Assembly (NCBI GenBank): GCA_040755995.1
Contig: JBFMAF010000026.1
Coordinates: 44,889 to 108,888 of the forward strand
DNA from: Acidobacteriota bacterium
GTDB taxonomy: Bacteria > Acidobacteriota > CAIWXX01
DNA length: 64,000 nucleotides
Direction: 5' to 3'
A program made the translations under genes and the position numbers. The notes under the pieces are model-generated. The model was not told the origin of the DNA, did no database searches, and saw nothing but the letters and a program-made list of their open reading frames with translations. Of the stretch, positions 1 to 10,100 are shown piece by piece (the first letter of the stretch is position 1; each line of letters starts with the position of its first letter).

Positions 1-17
1 ACGACCACGGCGATCAG

Positions 18-1645
18 GATTCCGCAGCATCAAAGCTGCGGCCCCATTGAAGCGCCTTCCCGATCTGGGAACTGCTGACGGGGAGGTCGATGATTCCGCA
101 GCATCAAAGCTGCGGCCCCATTGAAGCCGAACGAAATGCTGCGCCGACGCGATCCGGATCGGGGATTCCGCAGCATCAAAGCTGCGGCCCCATTGAAGCC
201 ACAGCTCGCTCGCGAAGGCTATCCACACGCACCTGAGGATTCCGCAGCATCAAAGCTGCGGCCCCATTGAAGCCATATTGGCACCTTCGCGATCGATTCA
301 CGTGCCTTGGATTCCGCAGCATCAAAGCTGCGGCCCCATTGAAGCCGAATGCGTGGAGATGAGCGACGGTCAGCAGTGCTGGATTCCGCAGCATCAAAGC
401 TGCGGCCCCATTGAAGCACAAGTGTTCGAAAAACGTCTGCTCTGTACTCGGGTGATTCCGCAGCATCAAAGCTGCGGCCCCATTGAAGCCATTGCCTTCA
501 CTCCTCCTCTCCTGATGGGGGCCAGGATTCCGCAGCATCAAAGCTGCGGCCCCATTGAAGCCATGAGTATTGACCTAGAGGCACATGAGTGTTTTGTGAT
601 TCCGCAGCATCAAAGCTGCGGCCCCATTGAAGCCCGCGGCCGCAGCGGATGGGATGCGGCCAGGCCGCGCTGATTCCGCAGCATCAAAGCTGCGGCCCCG
701 TTGAAGCGGCTTCCGCTGTGCGCACTGTGCATGGGGCGGCTAGATTCCGCAGCATCAAAGCTGCGGCCCCATTGAAGCCATTGCCTTCACTCCTCCTCTC
801 CTGATGGGGGCCAGGATTCCGCAGCATCAAAGCTGCGGCCCCATTGAAGCTCCGCACGACTCGCAGTGGCCAGGCCTGCGATTGCGCGATTCCGCAGCAT
901 CAAAGCTGCGGCCCCATTGAAGCGACATACGCGAGGAGCCGCACGGCTCCTGTCTCGCGATTCCGCAGCATCAAAGCTGCGGCCCCATTGAAGCCTCGGA
1001 CTGGCGCAGGATATCCGCAGCACGAATCAAGATTCCGCAGCATCAAAGCTGCGGCCCCATTGAAGCAGACTCGGGATATTGTGGCTTCCAGCCGTTGATG
1101 AGATTCCGCAGCATCAAAGCTGCGGCCCCATTGAAGCCCATATCCCACCACTCTACGTGGGGTCGGGCCAGTGAGATTCCGCAGCATCAAAGCTGCGGCC
1201 CCATTGAAGCTATTATGGGCAGGAGGATTAAGATGAGACTGATAGGATTCCGCAGCATCAAAGCTGCGGCCCCATTGAAGCAGCATGGTGGTCTTTCCGG
1301 TATCGGTGCCACCGCTGAGATTCCGCAGCATCAAAGCTGCGGCCCCATTGAAGCCCCGGCCACCTCGACTTCCACGTCGCCGCTCGCCACGAGATTCCGC
1401 AGCATCAAAGCTGCGGCCCCATTGAAGCGCGGCAGCGAGTCCACGGCGTGCCCGCAGATGAGCTGATTCCGCAGCATCAAAGCTGCGGCCCCATTGAAGC
1501 GCAGTCACGATCAGGCGGACCACCTGGTCAATCCCGGATTCCGCAGCATCAAAGCTGCGGCCCCATTGAAGCACTACGCAACCCGAAGCGTGAGGATCAC
1601 GCTGACCGAGATTCCGCAGCATGAAAGCTGCGGCCCCATTGAAGC
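18..1645 (+). CRISPR. CRISPR array: 23 copies of GATTCCGCAGCATCAAAGCTGCGGCCCCATTGAAGC with 22 full spacers of 35-38 nt; continues off the left edge; type I-G (I-U)-like repeat
   Basis: Repeats start at 18, 92, 164, 238, 310, 382, 454, 526, 598, 672, 743, 815, 888, 959, 1031, 1102, 1175, 1246, 1319, 1393, 1465, 1537, 1610. Internal hairpin CCGCAGC/GCTGCGG and 3' ATTGAAGC. Single-base variants in the copies at 672 and 1610. The subtype is inferred from repeat style only. Confidence 0.99.
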
Positions 1646-1684
1646 CAGCAATTAGACTCTGCTATATAAAGGGCATCGAGTCAG

Positions 1685-1720
1685 GATGTTCAGTAACAAA
1701 GCAGCGTGCGTGCCCACAAG
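1685..1720 (+). repeat. Degenerate terminal CRISPR repeat (trailer end)
   Basis: GATGTTCAGTAACAAAGCAGCGTG resembles the 5' two-thirds of the repeat and lies one spacer length (39 nt) after the last intact copy. Confidence 0.6.
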
Positions 1721-1915
1721 ACCTGGCGGCGGGGTGGACCCGATCCTGCCACAAACGACCGCTCGGGACCGCCCCGCGTACCAGAGCCGGTTGCAGGGGC
1801 TGAGGTTCTTCGCCTCAGGGGCACGAGAGGACCAAGTACCCCACTGCGAGCGAGCCGCAAGGGGTCGACTGCCACGATTGGCCAGGATGTCATCCACCCA
1901 GGAGGCGAGATATCG

Positions 1916-3103
1916 ATGATCGCCATCGTCAGCGATCTTCATATGACGGACCGTGAGAGGGGTGCTGCCATCGCGGCCCAACTACTCTGGTTGCTTGTCG
2001 AGGAATTGGATCGACTCCGGTCCAGATACAAACGGCTGGAACTGGTCCTGCTTGGCGATGTCATCGATTTCCTGCGATCGGAGAAGTGGGATGCCGACAA
2101 GACCAGACCGTGGCGCGGACTTCGTGGTGGGTTCGAGCAATTCTCAGGCTCCCCCCAAGAGGCGACCGGACTCCGGATCGTTCAGGACGTTTGCCGGCGC
2201 TACGAAGACTTCCACAACCGGCTGACTCGTCTCAAGGCATCGGGGGAAGTCCATGTGCGCTATGTGGCCGGCAACCATGACTACATCACCCGTCTGTCCA
2301 GGGAACTCCGAGAGGTCCTTTGCGAATTCCTCTTCCTCGACGAAGATCCTGCCAGACCGTTTCCCATTGAGTACGCCCAACCACAGGTCGGACTCGTTGC
2401 ATTACATGGTAGCCAGTTCGACCCCATGAACTGCCACCGGGAGATGGAGGGGATATGGCCGATCGGGGACGCCATCGTGACGGACATCGTGAACCGGTTT
2501 GAGCAACGTGGCTGCGATGATCTGCATCTGCGCCCGGGAGAGCCGTTATGTGAAGCTGTCCAGGAGGTTGACAACGTGGTTCCCGTGCACCATGTGCCGT
2601 GTTACGTGCATTGGCTGGCTGAGAGCGGTTTGTTCGGCGACCGGGCTGAGACGCTCAAGGATGTCTGGAGAGGAGTAGTGGACGACTTCGCGCGATTCGC
2701 GCACGGCGAGGGTTTGGACTACCCTCAAGGTCTGAGGTTGGCGCTGGAGGCGTCCAAAGCCTTTCCGGCTCCGAAACTGGCAAACTTGGTCTCGCACCTG
2801 TTTGCCCGGGCGGACTTTGAAAGCAGAGCGAATGAAATGGCAATCCGGGAGGACCGCCCACGGATCATCGTATTCGGGCACACACACGACCCGGGCATTC
2901 GACCACTGCCGAAGATCGGTAGCCACGAACGTTATTACGTGAACACCGGATCCTGGCGGCGCGTGCGCGTGTGCCCAGGACTGGCACAAGCTGTGCAGTT
3001 TGCCTCCCTCGACATAGCCGGAATGTTCCTTGTTTTCGAAGAAGCCGACGATGCGCCGCCGGGTGGCCGATTTCACCTCATATCTCGATGGCATTTGACC
3101 TGA
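1916..3103 (+). CDS. Calcineurin-like metallophosphoesterase
   Basis: Motifs SDLH, GDVID, GNHD, ALHG, FGHTH and YVNTGSW in canonical order. GGAGG at 1901 precedes ATG 1916. Confidence 0.9.
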   Translation: MIAIVSDLHMTDRERGAAIAAQLLWLLVEELDRLRSRYKRLELVLLGDVIDFLRSEKWDADKTRPWRGLRGGFEQFSGSPQEATGLRIVQDVCRRYEDFHNRLTRLKASGEVHVRYVAGNHDYITRLSRELREVLCEFLFLDEDPARPFPIEYAQPQVGLVALHGSQFDPMNCHREMEGIWPIGDAIVTDIVNRFEQRGCDDLHLRPGEPLCEAVQEVDNVVPVHHVPCYVHWLAESGLFGDRAETLKDVWRGVVDDFARFAHGEGLDYPQGLRLALEASKAFPAPKLANLVSHLFARADFESRANEMAIREDRPRIIVFGHTHDPGIRPLPKIGSHERYYVNTGSWRRVRVCPGLAQAVQFASLDIAGMFLVFEEADDAPPGGRFHLISRWHLT

Positions 3104-3645
3104 CCGGTGCGGCAGACCAAGCTCTCTTGGAAATGGTCCGGACGGACCCCACCAAGGCATCACCCGCCATGTCAGAGATCATCCGTCGCCATGGCCATCT
3201 CGTCTATGCAGTCGCAGTCGACATGCTTCATTCGGATCGGGGTCTGGCTGAGGATGTATTCCAAGAAACCTTTCTTCGGCTTGTCCGCTGGCTGCGAGGT
3301 GGCCAGCCCAAGCAGGTCCGCTCGTTAAGGCGATTGTTGGCGATCTTCGCTCGGAGGGCGGCAATCGATGCATTGCGGGCGCGGCCCCATACTGTGGAAC
3401 TCACCGAGGTAGGATACGAGGTGAACCTCCTGGACTGCATCTACGCACGCGAGATCATGGACGCATTGCCAGAACACATGCGGCGCGTCGTCGAGGCCAC
3501 CGTGCTAGCTGGACTATCGAGTTCCGAGGCGGCCCTGGCCCTAGGTGGTACCACAGCTGAATCGATAAGGCAGGTCAAGTTTCGGGCACTCAGGCTCCTC
3601 CGTCGAATGCAAGAGGCGGACGAGCACGAGTCAAGGGTTACATGA
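3088..3645 (+). CDS. ECF-type RNA polymerase sigma-70 factor
   Basis: Region 2-like LAEDVFQETFLRL...IFARRAAIDALR. Region 4-like ALPEHMRRVV...GLSSSEAALALG...RALRLLR. Overlaps the upstream stop. Confidence 0.85.
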   Translation: MAFDLTGAADQALLEMVRTDPTKASPAMSEIIRRHGHLVYAVAVDMLHSDRGLAEDVFQETFLRLVRWLRGGQPKQVRSLRRLLAIFARRAAIDALRARPHTVELTEVGYEVNLLDCIYAREIMDALPEHMRRVVEATVLAGLSSSEAALALGGTTAESIRQVKFRALRLLRRMQEADEHESRVT

Positions 3646-3681
3646 TAGGGTGTCACAGATCGCCAGCCGGGAACGACTAGT

Positions 3682-4290
3682 ATGTTGGAATGGTTGAGAT
3701 GGCTCGATGGTATTGGGTGGCCGTGGCAGGACTATCAGCGGTGGCCGCTGGACGACCTCGTCGAACAGGTCATTCGTGAGCCGAGCCTAGAAAGAAAACG
3801 TAAAATGTGGGCCGAGGTGACCAAGCGATTTTGCGTCGACGTGTGGCGCGCGTGCATAGACTACAGCTCTCGAACCCCAGCCCACGATACGCAGACCCTC
3901 GTTTCCGCGGTCTTCAGCGCCATGGTGCCCAGGCTCAGGACTGAGAGGCCGGCCCTGTTCACGCGTATGCTCATGCGGGAAATGGAGGAGCGGCTTGATC
4001 GCGAGGCAGTCGAGCAAGTTCGGCCATTCATTTGTATGCGTCAGTTCCTCCACTACCTGCCACCCCGACAGGCGAGTGATGCAGCACTGCTGCTGGACCA
4101 CGTTTTCAACTGGGCTGCGGTGGCGGGGGAAATGCGGGTGCAGTGCGAGGAGGCCAATCGACGCTCTGCCAAGGCTTGGCATGACTTGGTGACGCTGCTC
4201 CTAAGTGACTTCCCGGATGATGAGTTGCGCGAAAGGACCGGTGGAGTTGTCAACCACGCGGCCCTTCGAGATAGAGGAGTAAGGCCATGA
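3682..4290 (+). CDS. Hypothetical protein, probable divergent sigma-factor-like fold
   Basis: 202 aa. C-terminal LHYLPPRQASDAALLLDHVFNWAAVAGEM...SAKAWHDL resembles sigma region 4; the N-terminal half weakly resembles region 2. Confidence 0.55.
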   Translation: MLEWLRWLDGIGWPWQDYQRWPLDDLVEQVIREPSLERKRKMWAEVTKRFCVDVWRACIDYSSRTPAHDTQTLVSAVFSAMVPRLRTERPALFTRMLMREMEERLDREAVEQVRPFICMRQFLHYLPPRQASDAALLLDHVFNWAAVAGEMRVQCEEANRRSAKAWHDLVTLLLSDFPDDELRERTGGVVNHAALRDRGVRP

Positions 4291-5159
4291 GTGAAGACAC
4301 CACGAGAGTATCGGATCCTGCTGAACTGGGAAACGCGGAGGTTCCCAGGTTTCTGATCGATGCGGGCCGCCGCCTTCAGGATCGTGGGCTTCACCGGATC
4401 CAACCTCCCAGCAGCTTGGTCGAGGCGACGCTGACGGCGTGCGAGCATGCACTTCGTGATCTCGGCTCTTCGGTCGAGGAGAAGACGGGGGATGACAGGG
4501 TCCACGAATGGTTCAGAGAACTGCTAGCGGTTCGCCCACTGCCTGCACCGGAATTCGCTTTCGCGCGCGCTGCTGCATTGAGTCTCGTCGAAGAAGGGGT
4601 TGCCTTCGCGTTGAAATACCGCGGGAGTCCCCCGGCTTACGCAGTGGAGGACCATTGCGTCACGGAGCCCGATTGGTGGTCTGAGCACGAATTCCTCAGC
4701 ACCTGGCGTATGGCTTGCGACCTCGCCGACAGGAGACTCGTCAATCTAGGAGGTACCCCGCTACGACGTGTCGTTATCCTGCGATCCAGGGTTGAGGACT
4801 ACAACGAGCGCCAGATAGAGGCGATACGATTGGCCCTTGAGACCGGAACGAGTGATACGTACTGGCTTCCCCACAATGCCGTCGCGGGATTGCACAATCG
4901 CGACTTCGCCTTGGTGGCTCGTAGCAAACTGTTCGAGATCAAGCGCGGAGCCGGGCCTGAGTTTGTGGTTGCCCAGGACATCTCCATTTGCAGGGAGGCA
5001 ATCAGAATGTGTGACGAGCTCGATCGGCTCGCTCAGAGTGGGTTTGCGCGTCGTATTCGTGCTGCCGGTAGACTGGCGCCGGAAGCGATCAACGCGGTCG
5101 AGAGTGGCGATACGGGCATCCGCGAACTCTTGGCCAAAACCATCATGGGCCTGCCCTGA
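4287..5159 (+). CDS. Hypothetical protein (possible anti-sigma N-terminus plus DUF6879/PLD-like C-terminal domain)
   Basis: ATGA overlap with the upstream gene and GAGGAG RBS. Pattern LRRVVIL...YWLP...RDFALV. The ORF is solid; the function is tentative. Confidence 0.6.
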   Translation: MSEDTTRVSDPAELGNAEVPRFLIDAGRRLQDRGLHRIQPPSSLVEATLTACEHALRDLGSSVEEKTGDDRVHEWFRELLAVRPLPAPEFAFARAAALSLVEEGVAFALKYRGSPPAYAVEDHCVTEPDWWSEHEFLSTWRMACDLADRRLVNLGGTPLRRVVILRSRVEDYNERQIEAIRLALETGTSDTYWLPHNAVAGLHNRDFALVARSKLFEIKRGAGPEFVVAQDISICREAIRMCDELDRLAQSGFARRIRAAGRLAPEAINAVESGDTGIRELLAKTIMGLP

Positions 5160-5304
5160 AATACTCCGATAAGGACAACTCCTGGATCGAGCAGCGCAGG
5201 GCGCTGGCGCAAACAATAGCAGCTGTCATGGGCGGCAGCACCGAGATTCTGAAGTCGGTCGACTCACAAGAAGGCCCAATGCGATAGGCGCCGAACCGGG
5301 GCCG

Positions 5305-7140
5305 TCAGAGCGATGCGGTCGCTGGCCGCAGGCCCCCCCACAGCCGGTCGCGCAGCCCAGAGGAGCGCTCGATCTTACGCGAGACGGCTTCCACCAGCAC
5401 CTCGCGCGGGCCCCAGAGCTCGGCGCGTGCGCGGGCTCGAGTCAGCGCCGTGTACACAAGCTCGCGCGTCATCACGCGCGTCGGCTCGTCCGGCAGCACC
5501 AGCAGGACCTCGTCGAACTCCGAGCCCTGGCTCTTGTGCACCGTGGAGGCCCACACGTCCACGTGCGGCGGCAGGCGGCCCGCTGCGAAACCGCGCAGAC
5601 TCCCGCCCACACCGGCGAAGAAGACGCGGAGCTCGGACCCGGCCTCGATCGCGATTCCGATGTCGCCGTTGAAGAGACGTAGATTGTAATCGTTCTCGGT
5701 GACCATCACCGGCCGGCCGGGATACCATTCGCTGCGCCCGCGGATGAGACCCGCGTCACGCAACGCGCCTTCTACCATCCGATTCACACCTTCGACTCCA
5801 GCCGGGCCGCGACGATGCGCGCAGAGCACTCGGAAGCGATCGAAGGCGGGGATGACTTCCCCGGGCGCGCATCGGTCGCACACGGCGCGGAGATAAGCGG
5901 CATAGCCGTCCAAGACGCGCTCCCGCAGCTCGTCGATTGAATCCTCGACGCGTCCCGCTCGCCAGACCGTATCCGCAACGGCGCCCGGTGCCAGAACCTC
6001 AGCAGCTCCTTCGCCATCGCCTGCGTTGACCAGCGCGGAGACTCGCCCGATACCGCTGGCTTCGCCGAAACGGTAGTTTTTCCTGAGCAGCACTATCGAG
6101 TCTGCCAGGTGTGGAGCCGCCGGCGAGCGAACGGCCGCGCCACAGCGGCCACCTGGCACCGTGCTCGCGTCGCGCACGTCCACGCTCTCCCCGACTCCCG
6201 CACAGATGTCGCCAAGCACCGCACCGGCTTCGACCGACGCGAGCTGATCCTTGTCACCCAACAGAATCAAGCGCGCATGCGGCTGCAGCGCGTCGCAGAG
6301 CTTCGCCATCAAGGCCAGGTCCACCATCGACGCCTCGTCAACCACAACTACATCCGCCGGCAGCGGGTTCCGGCGGTGGTATCGCATCTTGGTCGAGTCG
6401 GTCCGCGCGCCGAGCAGCCGATGCAGCGTGCTCGCGTGTTCCGGGATCCCGGCCGCGATAGCCGGATCGACGCGCAAGACCGCCTTGGCTGCGCCCAGTA
6501 TCTCCTGCATGCGCGCCGCGGCCTTACCCGTCGGCGCCGCCAGCGCGATCTCGACAGGCTTGCCCCGCGCCTGGGACAACAGCGCCGCGAGGATCCTGAC
6601 CACCGTGGTCGTCTTGCCGGTGCCGGGACCACCAGAGATCACACAGAATCTCCGCGTCACCGCGGTCTCAGCCGCAATGCGCTGCCAGTCCGGCTTTCCG
6701 TCGCCGGCCGGCGGGAAGAGCCCTTCCAGGTCCGACTCCAGCAGCCGTTGGTCGACTTCGGGTTCCGATTGTGATCGAGCCAGGAGACTTTCGGCGAGCC
6801 GCCTCTCGTAACTCCAGTAGCGCGCCAGGTATAGCCGGTGCGATTCATCCAGAATGAGCGGCCTGTACTCGCCCGGAGAGCCCACTACGCCCGACTCCCG
6901 CAACTCTTTCTTCCATGCGCTGAGCTCGGGGGCCTGCAGAATCTCCTCTGCGTCCGTCCCACAGCATGCCTGACCGGCGGCTTCGGCCAGATCGAGGCAA
7001 ACCATCCCATCCGTGATCCGCTGCACGGCGAGCCCGGCCGCCAGGCGTAGCGCGTCCGAGCCCGAGCCCGAGAGCCGCGCGATAAGCTCGGCGAAACGGG
7101 CGGCCATTGGAGAAAGAGGCGCCGATACTTCTGCGCTCAT
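5305..7140 (-). CDS. recD: Exodeoxyribonuclease V alpha subunit
   Basis: RLYLARYW, GGPGTGKTT, APTGKAAAR, VVDEASM, GDKDQL, TVHKSQGSEF, YTALTRAR. Confidence 0.97.
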   Translation of the reverse strand: MSAEVSAPLSPMAARFAELIARLSGSGSDALRLAAGLAVQRITDGMVCLDLAEAAGQACCGTDAEEILQAPELSAWKKELRESGVVGSPGEYRPLILDESHRLYLARYWSYERRLAESLLARSQSEPEVDQRLLESDLEGLFPPAGDGKPDWQRIAAETAVTRRFCVISGGPGTGKTTTVVRILAALLSQARGKPVEIALAAPTGKAAARMQEILGAAKAVLRVDPAIAAGIPEHASTLHRLLGARTDSTKMRYHRRNPLPADVVVVDEASMVDLALMAKLCDALQPHARLILLGDKDQLASVEAGAVLGDICAGVGESVDVRDASTVPGGRCGAAVRSPAAPHLADSIVLLRKNYRFGEASGIGRVSALVNAGDGEGAAEVLAPGAVADTVWRAGRVEDSIDELRERVLDGYAAYLRAVCDRCAPGEVIPAFDRFRVLCAHRRGPAGVEGVNRMVEGALRDAGLIRGRSEWYPGRPVMVTENDYNLRLFNGDIGIAIEAGSELRVFFAGVGGSLRGFAAGRLPPHVDVWASTVHKSQGSEFDEVLLVLPDEPTRVMTRELVYTALTRARARAELWGPREVLVEAVSRKIERSSGLRDRLWGGLRPATASL

Positions 7141-10100
7141 CACTTCTGCCCCGCCAGGGCGCGCTCCAACGCCTCGACGAGCGCGCGCGCCGGCCGGTCG
7201 AAGTAGACCCCGAACCGGTTGTCATGCTCGCGGCGCACCCCCCTGAGGAAAAGGTAGAAGACGCCGCCGAAATTGCGCTCGTAGTCATAATCCGGCAACC
7301 TCAGCCCGAGGTACCGGTGCAGCGCTACGGTGTAGATCAAGTACTGGAGGTAGTAGTGCTCGGCCGCGATCGCGCCGAGCAGCCGATCGGGCGCGTAGTC
7401 CTCGATCGAATTGCCGAGCCAGTTGGACTTGTAATCGAGAATGAAGAACCTGCCGTCGTGCTCGATCACCAGATCGACGAACCCCTTCATGAAGCCCTTC
7501 ATCCGGCCGATATCAAGCTCTCGCGCGGCGGTCACATTCGCCGCGTGGAGCGCGTTGGTGGGATCAGTCAGCGCCCGCACGAGATCATCCGCGCCCCGTG
7601 TGTTCACGGTGAAGAGGAACTCGAGCTCGGCAGCTCGCCGTGAGGCAGGTATGCCGCGAAGCCGGAGCGAACGGCCGTCCAGCGCAACGTCCAGCACCCG
7701 CTCGACCATGTCCGCGACGACCGGCGCGTGCTCTGGCCCGAGTCCGAATCTGAGCAGGAACTCGTGCACGTGGCCCTCCAGGCGCGCGCGATCCGTGATC
7801 GCGAAGTCCAATGTTTCGAAGACGGCGTGCAGACAGCTGCCGGCGCGCGGGCCCCGCGGGAAACCTAAGATGCCGGTGCCGGCAGCCGGCTCTTCCGCCG
7901 GGCGCGCCCGCACCAGGCCGGCGTCGTGATCCCGGGCCTCGTCGTCGGCACGGTGCACGAGGCTCGAATAGCTCATGGCGGACCACGTTGGTTCGAGCGT
8001 CCTGCCGAACACGCGCGCCGCAAGCAGCTGCCCGCCAGGCGGTGCAACATAGTCCTCTGCGAAGTCCGGCAGCGGATCAAGGGCGATCGCGCCGCTTGAC
8101 TCGCCGACGATGCGCGCAAGACGCGACTCGAGGTCGCCAGCCGGCGCCGGTTTCACCATCTCGATCAACGAAGTCACTGGCGCCGGATCTGATGTCAGCT
8201 CCCGGCCGTAGAGCAGCCAGGCGAGCCCCGACCTCTCGAAGCCTCTTATCTTTCCGCAGACGGCATAGCACCGGTGTTTGGCCCTGGTGAGCGCCACGTA
8301 GAGCACCCGCATAGTCTCCGCCAGCTTCTCGACCTCTGCGAGTCGCCTTCCTTCTTCGGATGCACCGCCGATTTCGATGACGGGGGCGCCTGCGCGGCGC
8401 GGGTCGTGGTAGAGGACGGCGGCATCCGGCTCGCCTCGAGCCCACAACCGTCCGTCCCAGGCAAAAGGGCAGAAGACGATCGGGAACTCGAGCCCCTTCG
8501 CCGAGTGCACCGTCAGCAGTTTCACGAGTGACGCATCGCTTTCGAGCCGCAGCAGCTCCTCGTCGACTCGCGGATCCGGACGCCGGCGGTACGTTGCATA
8601 CCACGCCATCAGCGCCTCGATCGTGCTGTGCTCCGAGGCGGCCGAATCGAGCCGCTCGCCCAGATGGAGCACGTTTGCGAGGCGGCGTTCGCCGTCTTGA
8701 TACGTTCCGAGCAGCCGCTCGGCGACGCGGCTTCCGTCAAGCCACGCGCGGAACGCCCTGCCGAAGCCTTTCGTCCGCCAGAGATCGTGGTGCGCGCGGA
8801 ACGATTCGCTGCACAGCTCCCAGGCGTGGTCCTCCCTCAGCCGATACAGATCGGCGGCCGTGTGCCCCATGAGCTCGGTCGCCATCGCCGCGCGCACGCG
8901 GGGTTCGTTGCCCGGATCGGCAATTGCCCCGAGAACCAGCTCGAGCTCGCGCGCCTCCCTCGACTCGTACACGCTCCCCTGGCCGCACTGCACCGACGGC
9001 ACGTTTCGCCGGCTCAGCGCCTCGCGAACGAGCTTCGACTGCTGGTGCGTGGGCGCCAGCACCGCCATGTCGCCTCCCCTCAGCGGCCGCTCTCCGATTG
9101 CGGCCCGGCCCCGGCCGGCCAGCGACAGCAGGCGCGAGATCTCGGCGGCCGTGGCCTCGGCAACCGCCCTGTTAGCTTCACCCTTGTTGATCAGCTTGTC
9201 GTCCTCAGGCCTGAGCAGCCAGATGCGCAGCGCGGCACCGGTGGCGCCGTCGATCGTCAGCTCGCCGCGTTCCACAGGATCGGCGGTCGCTCTATCGCAG
9301 GCAATCCGATCGATCAGGAAGGGCCGCGGCGAGGCTTGGAAGAGCACATTCAGAGCGTCGACCAGCCCTGGTGCTGAACGACGGCAGGCGGTCAGCGTGC
9401 TGCATGATGCGGCCACCGGCTTCGCCGCCAGGTACGAGAAAACGTCCGCGCCACGGAAACCGTAGATCGCCTGCTTCGGGTCCCCGACCAGAAACACGGG
9501 ACATCCCGACCCGCCATAGATGCGTTCGAAGATCCGGTACTGCACCGGGTCAGTGTCCTGGAACTCATCGACGAGGGCAGCTGGGTAGCGACTGCGGAGG
9601 GCGGCAATCAAGTCGGGTGCAGCGGGGCCGTCGAGAGCGGAGGCCAGGCAGTTCAGGAGATCGGCGTACGATCGGACTCCGAGCCGGCGCTTCCGTCGTA
9701 GAAGCTCGGCGTCGCAGTAACGGAAGAGATCGTACCGGAGCCGTTTCGTGTCGACGGGGGAGGACGCAGCAGGACCCACAACGGCGAGGTATGGCTTGCC
9801 CAGATGAGCGGATGTGTACCTGAGGAGTCTATCGACAGTGACGCCTTTTCGAACCAGCTCGCTCACCGCGGACAGCGGCGCGTGATAGATCGTCGATCGC
9901 CAGTAGTCATCGGCGATCTGAAAGACGAGATCGTCCTCGTTGGCGATCACGTCGGTGTCGAATGGAGTGGCCGTCTCGATCGACAGCTCGCCGAGCACAC
10001 GCTCGCAGAATCCGTGGATCGTGTAGATTCTCGCTTCGTCGAAGTTGCGTATGGCATCCGAGAGCCGCCGCACTCCGGCAGCCCGTTGCGACGCCGAGCT

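Noticed and set aside
1..17. Partial first spacer matches the recD minus strand near 6594-6611 at 15/17 nt (possible self-targeting)
   Set aside because: Too short and mismatched in GC-rich DNA, and the rest of the spacer is outside the window. It may simply reflect a shared Walker-A-type TTT codon run.
1010..1030. Repeat-like TCCGCAGCA inside spacer 995-1030
   Set aside because: Only a 9-nt match, and the spacer length is normal.
176..1803. Multiple ORFs over the CRISPR array
   Set aside because: They are translations of the repeats (recurring FNGAAALMLRN / LQWGRSFDAAES), not genes.
1706..1915. N-terminal extension of the phosphoesterase ORF
   Set aside because: The RBS and the first metal-binding motif support ATG 1916.
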